A DNA stretch of 64,000 nt from Lama guanicoe (Eukaryota): the NCBI GenBank assembly GCA_013239625.1, contig MU053561.1:4279992-4343991 (forward strand). Direction: 5' to 3'. Under the pieces are notes generated by a model that searched no databases, had not been told where the DNA came from, and saw nothing but the letters and a program-made list of their open reading frames with translations. Positions 25,001 through 39,888 of the stretch are shown here, in pieces. Positions within the stretch are counted from its first letter, which is position 1. Every line of letters begins with the position of its first letter. The translations under genes and the position numbers were made by a program.

Positions 25001-28000
25001 CGTTTTGCAAGATTAAAAAGTTCTACAGATCTACTATAGAACATCATGTATATGCTTAAAACTACTAAACTGAACACTTAAAAAAAGTGTTAAGATGATG
25101 GTAAATTTAATGATGGTATATATTTTTACCATGATTAAAAAAAATAAAACTACAACCATTGTATCTTACGAATATCAACATGAGGGTACAAAATAAAAAT
25201 ATTAGGAAACAGAATCTAGCATCACATTAAAAAAATATTTCATGACCAAATGAAGTTCATTCCAGAAATGCAAGAATAATTTAAAAAATATATATCGTAT
25301 CAAAAAATACTACCAGGAAAGGTAAGCTATTAAAGAAAAAGACTCCCAGATTAGAGACTCAATCAAAGTTAGTAAGAAATGGACAAAAACGTATAATACA
25401 AATAAGTACAAAAAGAAAATTAGGGTTACAACATAAATTTCAGGCAAGGCTGATTGCAAAGCAAAAAGGACAAAGATGAAGCATACGGTTTCCAAGGAAC
25501 AATTAATTAGTATAAACTTTTACACAATGAATAGTATTCATCAAAACACACAAAGCAAAACTGGCTGAGAATTCAAGAGGTTCAATATAACAGTAATAGA
25601 ACCCTTAACTCTTTCTTTCAGCTCATGATTGATCAAACAGAAAAAAATATATAACAAAGTTAAAGTAGAGGTCAAAAAATAACTGATATAGTAGATCAAA
25701 CTTCTTGTTAAAGGTGGAAGAGTAAAAGCTACATTATAAAAATCCTCCTCTCTCTAAACTAACAAAAAGTATGAAGGGAGGGAGGAAAGGAAAGTAGTTA
25801 AGAACTGGCAAAAACAAATTGAACAGAAACATGTCATTATCAGGCCGTAATCTCTGATCCTAGTAGGTTCGGCATGAAAGACAGAGTACAGTTGTGCTGA
25901 TTTATTTCAATGTGGCTCCTAACCTAACCACCATTTATATGGTATTGGTGAAAGGGAACACATATAATAATGAGAATAATTATCACTATTATGCCTAACT
26001 TCGGTAAGAAGAGATTTGAGAGGATAAGTAGACAGTCCAGGAAAAAAAGGCCTAGAAAATGTAGGAAAAGTGACTAACTCTTATCATTTTGGTCTCTCCA
26101 GTCTGGACAAAGAAAGCACAACGATCATATCCATATAGAATTAATTATTCTTGTCAATAAATAGAACATACTAGAAATAAAATCAAAAGACAAAATTTTA
26201 AGAAAGAAGAAAAGATTCCCCTGAAGGAGTAGAAAACACAAAAATAAGAGATTTATTGAGAAACCATGTGAATTTTGTCCTCATCCGTGGGCCTCCTTCT
26301 CATTACCCTGTAAATAGATATCAAATCATGATATTCTTACCTTTTTCCTCATAAAATTTAGTGAGTGAGGAAATACAGCTTGGAAGAGAGATTGGGAAAA
26401 TGACAAAAATGAATAAATAAACATAGCTTCTCCTCTCAGACACATGGGCTCCAGGGCTTCACACTAAATTGATGAAAAGATGTGAAGCCTAAGCACAAGA
26501 AAACTACAGAGCAATATGGATGCAAAAAAATCCTCAACAAAAAACTAGCAAACCAAATCTAGCAGAATACAAAGATTATATGGCATGACCAAGGAGGATT
26601 TCTCCCAAGAATGTAAGATTAATTTAACATCTGAAAATCAATTAATACTTCACCTAACAGAATAAAAAATAAAACCATATGATCACCTCAATAGACACAG
26701 AAAAATCATTCAACAAAATTCAACACCTTTTCATGATAAAAACTCTCAACAAATTAGGAACAGAAGAGAACTTTCTCAAACTGATAAAGAGCATATAGAC
26801 AAACCGAAGTTCATCAAAATTAAAGATTATGCTATAAATGATACCACCAAGAAAATGAAAAGACAATTCAAAGAACAGGAGAAAATATTTGAAAATCATA
26901 GATAAGGAACTTATAACTAGAATATATAAAGAATTCTTAAAACTCAATACTAAAAAAATAGTAACAACAATAATAACCTAATTTTAAAATAGCAAAGTAT
27001 CTAAACAGACATTTCTCCAAAAATATATACAAACAGCCAGTAGCACATGAAAAAATGATTAACATCATTAGCCATTAAAGAAATGCAAATCAAAACAATG
27101 ATATACCATTCCACACCCACTCGGATGACTATAATTCAAAAAAAGACAAGTGTTGGTGAGGATGCGGAAAAACTGAGATCTTCATGCAATGCTAGTGGGA
27201 ATCCAAAATGGTAGTAAACAGTTGAGTAGTAGCTTAAAATATGAAACATAGAGACACATTACCCAGCAATTCTAGACCTACATACATAATTAAGAAAAAT
27301 GAAAACATACATGCTCACAAAACTTGTATACAAATATTCTTAACAGCATTCCTCATAATAGTCAAAATGGAAACAATCCAAATTTCCATCAAGATTAATG
27401 GATAACTAGAACATAGTATATCCATGTAATAGAGTATTATTCAGCAATAAAATGGAATGGACCTTGAAGACATTAAGTGAAGTGAAAGAAGCCAGTCACA
27501 AGACCATATATTATATGATTCTATTTAAGTGAAATATCCAAAACAGGTAAACCTAACAGAGACAGAAAGTAGATTAGTGATTGACCAGAGCTAGTGAATT
27601 TGTTGACAGTGGAAAGGGGGCAGGTATAATGGCTGATGGGGGGTTGATACAGATATTCTAAAACTACATAGCAGTGATAGTTGCACAACTGTCAATATGT
27701 TAAAAACCATTGAGTTGTACAATTTAAATGGGTGATTGTAAAGTACACAAATTATATATCAATGAAACTGTTTTTAAAAACTTACAGAGCTGAGTGGAGA
27801 AACAGACAAATTTGGGGACTTTAACAAACCCTTTTCAGCTACTAACAATTACCATGCAGAAAGTCAGCAAAAATATACAAAATCTAAACAACACAACCAA
27901 TTCATTAAATGTAATTGACGTTTACAGTACACTCCAACAACAACAGCATAAAAAATATTTCTTTCAAGCATCTATAGATCATTTACCAAGATAGACCGTA

Positions 28001-29453
28001 TCCTGGGCCATAAAACAAACCTCAACAAATTTAAAAGCATAAAATTTCTATGGACTGGATGTTTGTATTCCTCCAAAATTCACATATCAAGGCCTTAATC
28101 CCCAATGTGGTGCAGTATTTGGAGATGATAATTGGATTTGGATGGGTCATGGAGATGAAGTTCTCACAATGGGATTAGTGTCCTTACAAGGAGATGAAGA
28201 AACCAAAGCTCTCTTTCAGTCATGTAAGGACAGAGCAAGAAGGCAACTATCTACAGCCAGGAAATGGGCCCTGACTAGAACCTTACCATGCTGCCACTGT
28301 GATCTCAGACTTGCAGCCTCTAGAGCTGTAAGAAATAATATTTGTTGTGTAAGCCATTCAATTGATGGTATTTTTTGTTACAGCAGCCCACAGACCAATA
28401 CAGAAATCATAAAGACTGTTTTCTGATCTTAATGAAATCAAACTAGAAATCAGTAACAGAAAGACAACAGGAAAATCTTTGAACACATGGAAATTTTAAA
28501 ACAAACTTCTAAATAATCATGGGTCAAAAAAGTCTCAAAGAAATATAAAACTATAAGAACTGAATGAAAACAAAACACAACATATAAAAACATACGGGAC
28601 ACAGCCAAAGCAGTACTGAGAGAGAAATTTATAGTACTAAATGGTTTCATTAGGAAAAAGGAGCCCGTGAGTTCAGCAAAATGACACAATAGGCGTTTTT
28701 ACCACCGTTCCCATGAAGAACACAGATTTTGACAATCATCCACAGGTGAGAGTACCTTTGTGGAAGTTCGAAGATAAGAGGAACAGTTTCATTTTACCCA
28801 TGTCATCCCCTCTCCTAAGACAATAGAGCACAGTGCCAAGAGAGACTCTCTCAGCCAGCAATTTTTCCCATGGGGGAAAGTGAGAACATGAGAGTGAGCA
28901 CCTAGCTTTCCCAACTATGCACAACACTGCCAAATATTTGCAAACCATATATCTGATAAGGGGTTAATATAAAAAAAAAGTGTAAAGAACTCATACAATT
29001 CAAAGAACCTGAACAGACATTTTTCCAAAGAAGATATATGAATGGCCAACAAGCACATGAAAAAGTGTCCAACCCATTACTAATCATCAGGGAACTGCAA
29101 GCCAAAACCACAATGAGATATTATTACCTCACACTGTTAGAATGGCTATTATCAAATAAGATGAGATAAATGCTGGTGAGGATATGGAGAAAAAAGATCT
29201 CTTGTGCACTGTTGGTAGGAATGTAAATTGGTTCAGCCACTATGGAGAACAGCAGGAAAATTCTTTTTAAAAAATTAAAAAATAGAACTATCATATGAAC
29301 CAGCCATTCTACTTCTGAGACTACATCCAAAGGAAATGAAACACAATGTTGAAGAGATGCCTACACCTCCAAGTAGCATTATTCACAATAGCTAAAACAT
29401 GGAAACAATCTAAGTGTCCACTCACTGATAAATGAATGGATAAAGAAAGTGGT

Positions 29454-29485
<32 letters not shown>

Positions 29486-32400
29486 ATTAGAATGTTATTC
29501 AACCATAAAAAGAAGGAAATCCTTCCATTTGTGACAACATGGATGGACTCTGACAGTATTATGCTAAGTGAAATAATTCAGAGAAAGACAAATACTACAT
29601 GATATCTCACTTCATGGTATCATTTATATGTGGAATCTGAAAAAACAAAACACAAATAAATTCACAGAAAAGGGGATCAAATTTGTAGTTACCAGAGGCA
29701 GTGGTTGGGGAGATGGAAAACTGGATGAAAATAGGCAAACCATACAAACTTCCGGTTATAAGACAAGTATGTAGTAGGGATATAATGTAAAATCGATTAC
29801 GATAGTTAGCACTACTGTATGATATATTTGAATGCTATAAAGAAAGTAAATCCTAAGAGTTCTCATCACAAGGAAAAAACTTTTTTTTTAATCTACATGA
29901 GATGATGAATGTTAACTAAATTTATTACAGTAATCATTTTATATGTAAGTCAAATCATTATGCTATACATCTTGAACTTACACAGTGCTGTCAATTTATA
30001 CCTTAATAAAACTGAAAAAATGGAACATCAGGAATAGTTTAATACAGGAAGTACTAGTCCTCTTTTACTGAAACAGGATAAAGGTAAGTATATATGTTAT
30101 TGCAGGGCGAAGTGAAAGTCACTCAGTCATTTCTTTGACAAACATTTATTAAAAACAGAAGATCTTCAAAGCACTATGCTCAAGTAAAGGAAAGACAAAG
30201 ATAAATAAGACATAATCCTAGCCCTTGAGGAGCTTCAGATATAATGGGACACAGAGTGACATTAACTATTTCAATGCAGGAACAAAAGCGCTATGAGAAT
30301 ATATACAGTCGGCTCATCTTTGCAAGATGAAAGATATGTGAGATTTTCCATAGGGGAAGAAAGGAATTAAATGCAGGAAACCAAGTAAACAAATGCACAG
30401 AGGTTTGAAATTGAAAGCGAATGTTCTCTAGATATGTTGCAGAGTGATTAAGGGAACAGGATTTGGAATCATGCAAAATAGAACTAGATTTGAACTCTAG
30501 GCCATTCTACTTTTTTATTAAGTGATCTTTAATAAATAACCTAACCTCTGGAAAATCGGAGATAACAATAAGTATTGCTTATAGCACTGTTGTAAGAATT
30601 AAATTAGATAAGTAGGGTACTCAGCAGTGAGCTGTCATAGAAAAAGAAAAAAATAGTATTTTTCACTTTAAGATGTGAGTCAATCACTTTGCAAATTCCA
30701 AAACACTATACAAATATGACATTAATTTTTTCTGAAATGTGACCAATAGCTAAAAAACACACCCAAATATATAAGCACTTAATAATACATGAAACAATAT
30801 TTCTCAAATACTTATATATAAAAGCACTTTACTCTTAAAGCATACCTATATTTATATGTGTTTCATATTCAAACAAGGGAATATGCTAAATAGTTCTAAA
30901 AAAAAGGTAATGGGGAAAATTATATTTTTTTATCCCTACTGAAATTTACCCTATTATTTTCTAATATGACATGTTTATAAAAACTTAAAGTTACACCTAA
31001 AACTTAACATTACTTTATCTAAAATGCCACAAAACCTACTTTTTCTTCTCTTTCTATTTTAAGTTGTTTCTTAACAGACCAAAGTTCATTTTTGAGATTG
31101 GATAGTTCCGTCTCCTAAAGAAAAAGAAACATGAAGTTTATAAACGCATCCATATATTTCTCAAGACAATGAAAGTGTAAACTACTGTTTCCAAAAAATT
31201 TAGTTTTACCGGGAAATAAATTCAATCACAAAATAAATACACTTAAAAAACTTACTCATGTGAAGGCTGCTAGATGAACATACTAAAGATTCCATTTAGA
31301 CAAATTTTAGTTTGCTCTAAAGAAATATTTAACATTATTTATATCTCACCTCCTCACCCTCTCCAATCTATCCCACCCCTCCTTTCCCAATCTAGATCAG
31401 TGCCCAAAATTTATTTGTGACTGGAATTTATTACTTTCCATTTGAAAAAAAAAGTTCCCTCTACTGTTTCAAAAATAGAATGGAAAACTACCTACCTATA
31501 AGACACTTATAACATCCCTTTCAGATCTATGATTATTTGATTCTATAGCTCAAAAATTATGGTTTTATTTATTATTCTTCACTACCAGCCATGTTGACAT
31601 GAAAATCCTATTCCTATTTGTTCTCACCAAAGATGCTTTCATTGATGACTGTTCTTGTTCTTTGCTCTTATAAAGTCCTAATTCTGAATCTCTTTCTTCA
31701 ACAATCTTATCATATTGGTGCTATATTAAAAAGAGAAACCATTTTAGGTATATTAGAACCCAAAAGATTATGTTTAGTAAGACTGGTATCCTTATGCATT
31801 TAATATTTGTAGAAAATGATGTTAATGAACTCAGTAATATATATTTGAACATATTTTTAAGTTTTTTCAATTACATTATTTAATTCTAACAATAAAGCCA
31901 ATAAAAGATAGATAACTGTCTTAGAAATAATCTAACCCACTTATTAATTCCCTAACAGAATAATTACTTTAAAACAACAAACAACAATTATAAAATATTC
32001 TTCCGACTATACTTCAATAAAAATACATATAAACAGAAAAAAACAGAGCACACTCACAAATACAACAAGCATTAAATTTTTTCACCTATTTATTACTGTT
32101 TAGCCTAGTATGTGTTAGACACAGATAGAGGATACAAATATTAATGATTCATATATCCTAGATATGTACTTAAATAACTATAAGTTAGAAAATGTTGTAA
32201 GAGACTACTATGAAAATTCAAAAAAAAAGAGTGATTACTTCTATCCATTCAATATGATAAGGAGAGATTTTTCAAGCAAGTGACACCTAAGCTCAGCTTT
32301 GTGTGGTTAAGATTTGGAGAAATAAGAGATAAAGGATATTCCAGCTATATATAATTAGTCATGTTGCACAGGCAATAATTTTCTCAGACAAATCAGAATG

Positions 32401-35400
32401 CTATATTTTACCATTTCATGCATAAATATGGCTCCAATTAATAATTTTCATTACACAAAAGGAAAAAAATTACCTTATGTTTTTCCATAAGTGCTACCAT
32501 TTCAGCTATTTTATGATGACATCGCATATCGATTTCTTTCTGTAATTTTACTGCTTCATCAGCTATTACTTTTGCTTTCTCAACCTATTAAATAAATTTA
32601 AAGTATTTTTTAGTTAATGTACAAAAAACAAATTTAACTTAAACACTAAACTTAATATGCAAAAAAATAATATGCAAAAAATCAAACATAGGAAATCAGG
32701 AAAGCCAAGTAGAAAATGCATTACTGTTTTGGTTTATTTTAGTTAGGGTATTCTATCAAGTGAGATGACAGTATAACACTGTAAAGATCATTTAATCTTT
32801 CCAAAATAATTATATACTACTCAAATACTTAAAATAACAAGGATACTTTTAAATAGCTTCTATTTAAAAAACTAATTATCCCTAATATAAACTTAATAAA
32901 TCTTCTAAAGAATCATAATTTTAAAATTAAGAATTAATACTTTTCTCTTAAAATGGTAACATACAAATATCAGATTTTAGTATAACAAATTCTCAGACAC
33001 ATTTAGTTTTTCCTACCTCTCCCGAAAGATTTTCTTCTGATAGCTTTTTGGCCTCAATTTCTTTTTGATAGCTGTCAGTCATTTCTTTAAATTTTTGTTT
33101 GGCACCTTCTAGTTCTAACTCTAATTTACTGACCTTTGATTAAAGAAAATAGCATGAACATTAGTAAATGGTACGGATTACCTGAAAATGTTCTATATTC
33201 TGAATCTTAAAAGATGATTTATTCATGAGTATTATGGTTGGATCATTTCCCTTACATTTATCATATAATGAGATGTGCTTTCACAAAATCTATCTTTTCC
33301 CCTAAAATACGTAGTCTTGACAAGTAATATTTTAAAAGAAGCCGCATTTTTATTTTTAATGAATTTCTCAACAATATTTAAATTATTCAGTTTCAGTTTG
33401 CTGTTTTATTACAATAAGTGACCATTCCACTCGGACAGAACACCCATGTGATTCAAAGAAAAGACATTTTAAAAAAGCTTTGTTGAGGTATAACTTAAAT
33501 ACAAAAAAAACTACACATATTTAATGTACACAGTGTGATGAGTTTGGACATATTCATACACCTATGAATTCATGTACTTCATCAATTCTAAATATTCTTA
33601 GCATTTATTGCCTCTTCCCAATTCACTCTATTCTCTCCTTCTTCCTGGATACTACAAAACACTTACAAAAAACTTCATTAAAATATGTGACAATAATAAG
33701 AGTATGATAGCATATAAGTTAGATATGAAATACAAAGATTATGTATTATGAGGCTAAAATGTACTAGTAAAAAGGACAAAATTGTCAGAGTGTATAAAAT
33801 TATGAACTCCAGCTATTTGTTGTTTATAAGAGACAAAATTAAAACACAAAGATACAGAAAGCATAACAGTAAACAGATTTTTAAAAATACTATGCATACA
33901 CTAAACACTAAGAAGAAAATTTGTATAGAAGAATTATTCTCTAAGGCAAGAAAACACTACTACATAGATAAAGAGGGATCTTTATTATTAAAAAAAGAAG
34001 TTCTACTATATATAGATATAGAAGAATATATATTAAGTATACATATAAAGTTTCACATTGTATAGTAAAAATTGCATGTATTATAAATAATATGCACCTA
34101 ATAATGAGGCATTAAAAGAAAAACTGACAGAACTGCAACGAAGAATAGAAATCCACAATCATCACGTGAGATTATTTAACACATCAGTCTCAGTCAAGTA
34201 ATAAAATAAAAAAAAAATCAGTAAACATACACAATCAATAAAGATGCAGAAGTTTAAATAGGACTTTAATCTTGACCAAATGGAACACTTCACCCAACAA
34301 CTGTAGAATACATATTATTTTCAGATACATGAGGAATGTTTATAAAAAGTGACTGTATATTGGGCCATTAAGCAAGTGCCAAAAAGTTTCAGAGTACTGA
34401 AGTTATGCCAGAGTGTGTTCTCTAATTACAATGCAATTATGTTTGAAATCCGTAACAAAAACGTAACATATCCTTAAGCTTAGAAATTGAGAAATACAGG
34501 AGGGTACTGAACCTAGCAATACTAATTCATTATATATTTAAACCTATGATATACAACTACAACAAAGCTTAGAGTGAAATGTATAGCCTTAAAATGTGTA
34601 CATTAGAAAGACTGAAAATTAATGATCAAAGAATTCATCTCAAATTAGAAAAAGAACATAAAGAAAAAAACAATAAAATTAGGAGGAAATAATAAAGAAG
34701 AGAAATTAATGAAATAAAAACAAGCACCCTACAGAGAAGATCAAAATAGCTAAAAGCTGTGTTTTTTAAAAACTTCCAAAATTGATTAACACTTGGTAAG
34801 TTTGATCAAGAACAACAAAAGGCATAAATAACCAACATCAGGATTGAAAAGAGGACATTACTATAAATGCTACAATTTTTAAACTATAGAAAATGTAGAT
34901 GAACTAGGCAAAACTCCCCCAAAATATTATTTACTAAAACTGAAGAAATAACAGGATACACAGTTAACATACAGAAATCTGTTACATTTCTAAAACACTA
35001 ACAATGAATGATCAGAAAGAGAAATTAAGAAAACAGTCCTGTTTACAATCAAATCAAAAAGAGTAAAACACCTAGGAATCATCTAACTAAGGAAATACAA
35101 GACTTGTACTCAGAAAACTGCAAAACATTGATGAAAGAAACTGAAGATGACACAAAAGAATGGAAATATATACCAAGCTCATGGACTGGAAGAATTAATA
35201 TTGTTAAAATGACCACATTACCAAGGCAATCTACAGATTCATTGCAATCCCTATCAAAATACCAATGGCATTTTTCACCAAACTACAAAATATAATTTTA
35301 AAATTTGGATGAAACTACAAAAGACCCCATATAGCCAAAACAATCTTGGAAAAGTACAGAGTTGGAGGTATCATGCTCCCTCATTCAAACTGTACTACAA

Positions 35401-38400
35401 AGCTACATTAATCAAAACAGCCAGCACAAAGACAGACACACAGATCAATGGAACAGAGTAGAGAGCCCAGAAATAAGTCACACTTAAGTGATCAATCAAT
35501 CTACAGCAAGAGGCAAGAATATAAATAGGGAAAAGGCAGTCTCTTCGATAAATGGTATTGCGAAAAGTAGACAGCTACCTGCAAAAGAATCAAGTTGGAC
35601 TACTTTCTCACACCATATATAGAAATTAACTAAAAATGGATTAAAGACTTAAATATAAGACCTGAAACTAAAATTCCCAGGAAAAAACATAGGCAGTATG
35701 CTCTTTGACACTGATTTTTTTTTGGATATATCTTCTCAGGCACTGGAAATAAAAGCAAAAATAAACAAATGGGAATCAAACTAACAAGCTTTTGCACAGA
35801 GAAGGAAACTATCAAGAAAACAAAAAGCACTCTACTGAAAGGGAAAAAATATTTCTAAACGATATTATCTGATAAGGGGTTAATATCAAAAATATACAAA
35901 GAACACATACAACTCAACATTAAAATAACAAACAACTTAATTTTAAAATGGGCAGAGAACTGGAAGGGAAATTTTTCCAAAAAAGACATACAGATGGCCA
36001 ACAAGAAGATGAAAAGATGGGCAACATTATTAATCATCAAGGAAATGCAAATCAAAACCCAATGAGGTATTACCTCACACCTTCAGAATCATCAAAGACT
36101 ACAAATACTGAGTGTTGATGAGGATGTGGAGAAAAGGGAACCCTAATGCACTCTTAGTAGAAATGTAAATTGGTACAGCCACTATGGAAAACAGTATGGA
36201 AGTTCCTCAAAAAATTAAAAACAGAACTAAAATATTATGAGTAATTCCACTTCTGGGTACTTTTCTGAAGAAAACAAAAACATTATAATTTGAAATATAT
36301 TGCACCCCTATGTTCACTGTGGCATTATTTACAACAGTCAAGATATAGAAGCAACCTAAATGTCCATCAATAGATGAATTGATAAATGTGTATTATATAT
36401 ATATGTAACATATATAAATATATATATATAACATATATTACTCAGAATATTACTCAGCCATAAAAAAGAATAAAATCTAGCCACTTGTGACAACATGTAT
36501 GGACCTAGAGGATATTATATTAAGTGAAATAAGTCAGACAAAGACAAATACCATATAGTTTCACTTGTGCGCAGAATCTAAAAAACAAGACAAATGAGCC
36601 AACAAAACAAAACAGAAGCAGGCACATAGATACACAGAACAAAATGGCAGCTGCCAGAGGGGAGGTGGGTGAGGGGATGAATGAAGCAGATGAGGGAGAT
36701 CAACAGGTACAAACTTCCAGTTATAAAATAAATAAGTCACAGGAATATCAAGTACAGCATAGGGAATATAATCAATAATATTGCAATAATTTTATATGAT
36801 GACAGATGGCAACTAGATTTATTATGATCATTTTGTAATACACAAAAATATCAAATCACTATGTTATACACATGAAGCTAATACAATATTGTAAGTCAAT
36901 TATACTTCAATAAAAATTTCTTTGAAGAAATAGGACAACTAGATAATATTATAACTATTGATGAAATTGTTTCAGAAATTAAAAGCTTTCCCACAAAGAA
37001 AACTCTAGGCCAGACTTCACCAATGAATTCAACTTTATCGAGATAAAATTTACATGCAATAAAATTAACGATTTTAACTGTACAGTTTGATGAGCTTTGG
37101 CAAATGTCTGTACAATCATGTATTGACAACATCAAGATATATATTAAAAATGTAAATTGGCTATACTTCAATAAAAAAAAATACATAGATTATTTTCACC
37201 ATCCCAGAATGTTCCTTCACGTCCTTTTGCAGTCTAAACCCCACTCTCTGGAGGCAACCAATGTTCTACTTTCTTTTTCTATAAATTGGTTTGTCTACTC
37301 TGAAACTTCATTTAAATGGAATCATGCCAAATATATTCTCTTCATATATGAATTATTTTGCTCAGCATGGTCTGAGATTCATCCATGTTCCTACAGGTAT
37401 CAATAAGTCTTTTTCTTAACTGCTGAGTAATATTCCATTGTATGAATATAACAAATTTATTTATCTAGTCTCCTATTAATGGACATTTGAATTGTTTTCA
37501 GCTTTTTATCATCATGAATAAAACTTCTATAAACATTCTTGTACAAGACTTTTAGTGGACAAGTTTTCATTTCTTTTAAGTAAATATCTAGGAAAATTGA
37601 TAGGTCATAGAGTAGATTTATGTTTAGTTTTATAAGCAATAACCAAACATTTTCCAAAGTGACTATAGTATTTTACACTCCTAATAGCAATGTATGAGAG
37701 TTCTGGTTAATCCATATCCTCACTAACATTTGGTGTTAATGGTCTTTTCAATTTCAGTCATCCTTTTAGGCAGAGCCCAGTTTCATAGGTTTGAGCCCTG
37801 TGTAGTCATACAGTGCCCTGGAATTGGTTTCCAGCCCATCTTGAAATTTTTACTATTATTTGAACTATGTACCCCACCTTGCATTTTGCACTGAGCCTTG
37901 CGAATTATGTGGCTAGTCCTGCTTAGGGGTGTAGTGATAGCCCATTGTGATTTTATTTTAATTTCTTACAACTAATACTGTTGAATATTTTTTCATGAGC
38001 TAATTAGTCATCAGTAATATGTCCTTTGTGAAGTATCTATTCAAGTCTTTTGCCCACTTTATATTTATTATGGTAAAATGCCCATAACGTAAAATTTACC
38101 ATCGTAATCCTTTTAAACCATACAATTCTTTTATATGGCTATGCAACCAATCCCCAGAATGCTTTATCTCATAAAACTGAAACTCCATACCTATTAAACA
38201 ACAACCCCCCACTCTCCTCCCCACCATGCCTGGCAACCATCATTCATTAGCCTATGAATCTGACTACTCTAGGTACCTCATATAAGTAGAATAACATAAT
38301 ATTTGTCTTTTTGTAACTGCCTTATTTCACTTAGCTTATGTGCTCAAGGTTTATCCATGCTGTAGCAATATATTAGAATTTTCGTCTTTCTTAAGGCTGA

Positions 38401-39857
38401 GTAACATTCCATTGTATGTGTATACTACACATTGTTCACTCATCAGTCAATGAACGCTGAGTTGCTTCCACCTTTCACCTATTGTGATAATGCTGCTATC
38501 AACATTGGGGTACACATATCTCTTTCAGACTCTGCTTTCAATTCTTTAGGTATAGTCCCATAAGTGTAATTACTGGATTATATACTAATTCTATTTTTAA
38601 TTTTTTGAGTAACCACCAGACTACTTTTCATAGCAACAGCACCATTTGACATCCCACCAACAGTGTTAAGGATTTCAATTTCTCTGTAATTTAACCATAA
38701 TTCGTTATGTTCTTTTTTTTTTAATAGTACCCAACCTAATGGATATAAAGTGACATCTCACTGTAGTTCTGATTTGCTTTTCCCTAATCATTAGTGATGT
38801 TGAACATTTTTTCATGTACCTATTCGCCATTAATATATTTCATTTGTAGAAATATTTATTCAAGTCTCTTTGCCCATTTTTAAATCAAATTATTTGCTGT
38901 TGTCCTTTGCCCATTTTGAATTGGAATATTTGTCTTTCAGTGTTGAGTTTTAAGAGTTCTTCATATATGTAGTTTGTCAAAAAAAATGTTTTTATCAGTT
39001 TTTTCACCTTCCTTGTACCTTGCCTATTTATTTTCTTAATTATACCATTTGATAAACAGGTCTTTCAGATTTTGATTAAGTCTAAGTTATCATATTTTTA
39101 TGAATGTTGCTAGTTCACTTACCAGCATACTAGTGACTTTGTAGAAACCTCAGAATGTTCAATGTAGACAATCACATCACTTAAGAAGAATCAGTTTTCC
39201 ATATTCTTTTACAATCAATATAACTATTTTTTTTTCTTGGCTTAATGGACTAGCTAGAACCTCCAATACAATGTTGAAAGGGGTGGTAAGAGCAGACACT
39301 GGTTTTGATATTAATGAGAAAGGACTCAGTCTTTCATCATTAAGTATGATGTGAGCTTTAGATATTTTGTAGATATTCTGTCTTAGACTGATAAGGTCTC
39401 CTTTTATTCCAAGTTTGTTGAAAATTTTTATCAAGAATAAGGGTTTCACAGTAATTAGCACCAAGATGGTGGAAAAGTCAACTCCCAGGAGACCTGGAGG
39501 CCCAAGATGGCAGGAGATTTGACCTCCAATGGACCTTGAGCTTTATTATACACATTATAATGTACTAGTATGGTGAATGACACACCCACAAGCGCCATGA
39601 CAGCTCTGATGCTAACCATGAAAGGTCAAAGAGAGGGCAGTGGCCCAATTCCTGAGAGTCCCCACCCATTCCTCAAAGCAGTTCGAGTTATTCTCACTTG
39701 TTAGCATATAAAAACTATCAACACCGCACCTCGCAGTGACCCTCTCTCTTGCCTTCCAAGAAGGCCTGCACTCTGTCTATGGAGTGTGTATCTACCTTTA
39801 CCTTAACCAAACCCCCCACCCTCGTATACATCTCTCTAAATAAATCTACTTTTACTC

Positions 39858-39888
<31 letters not shown>

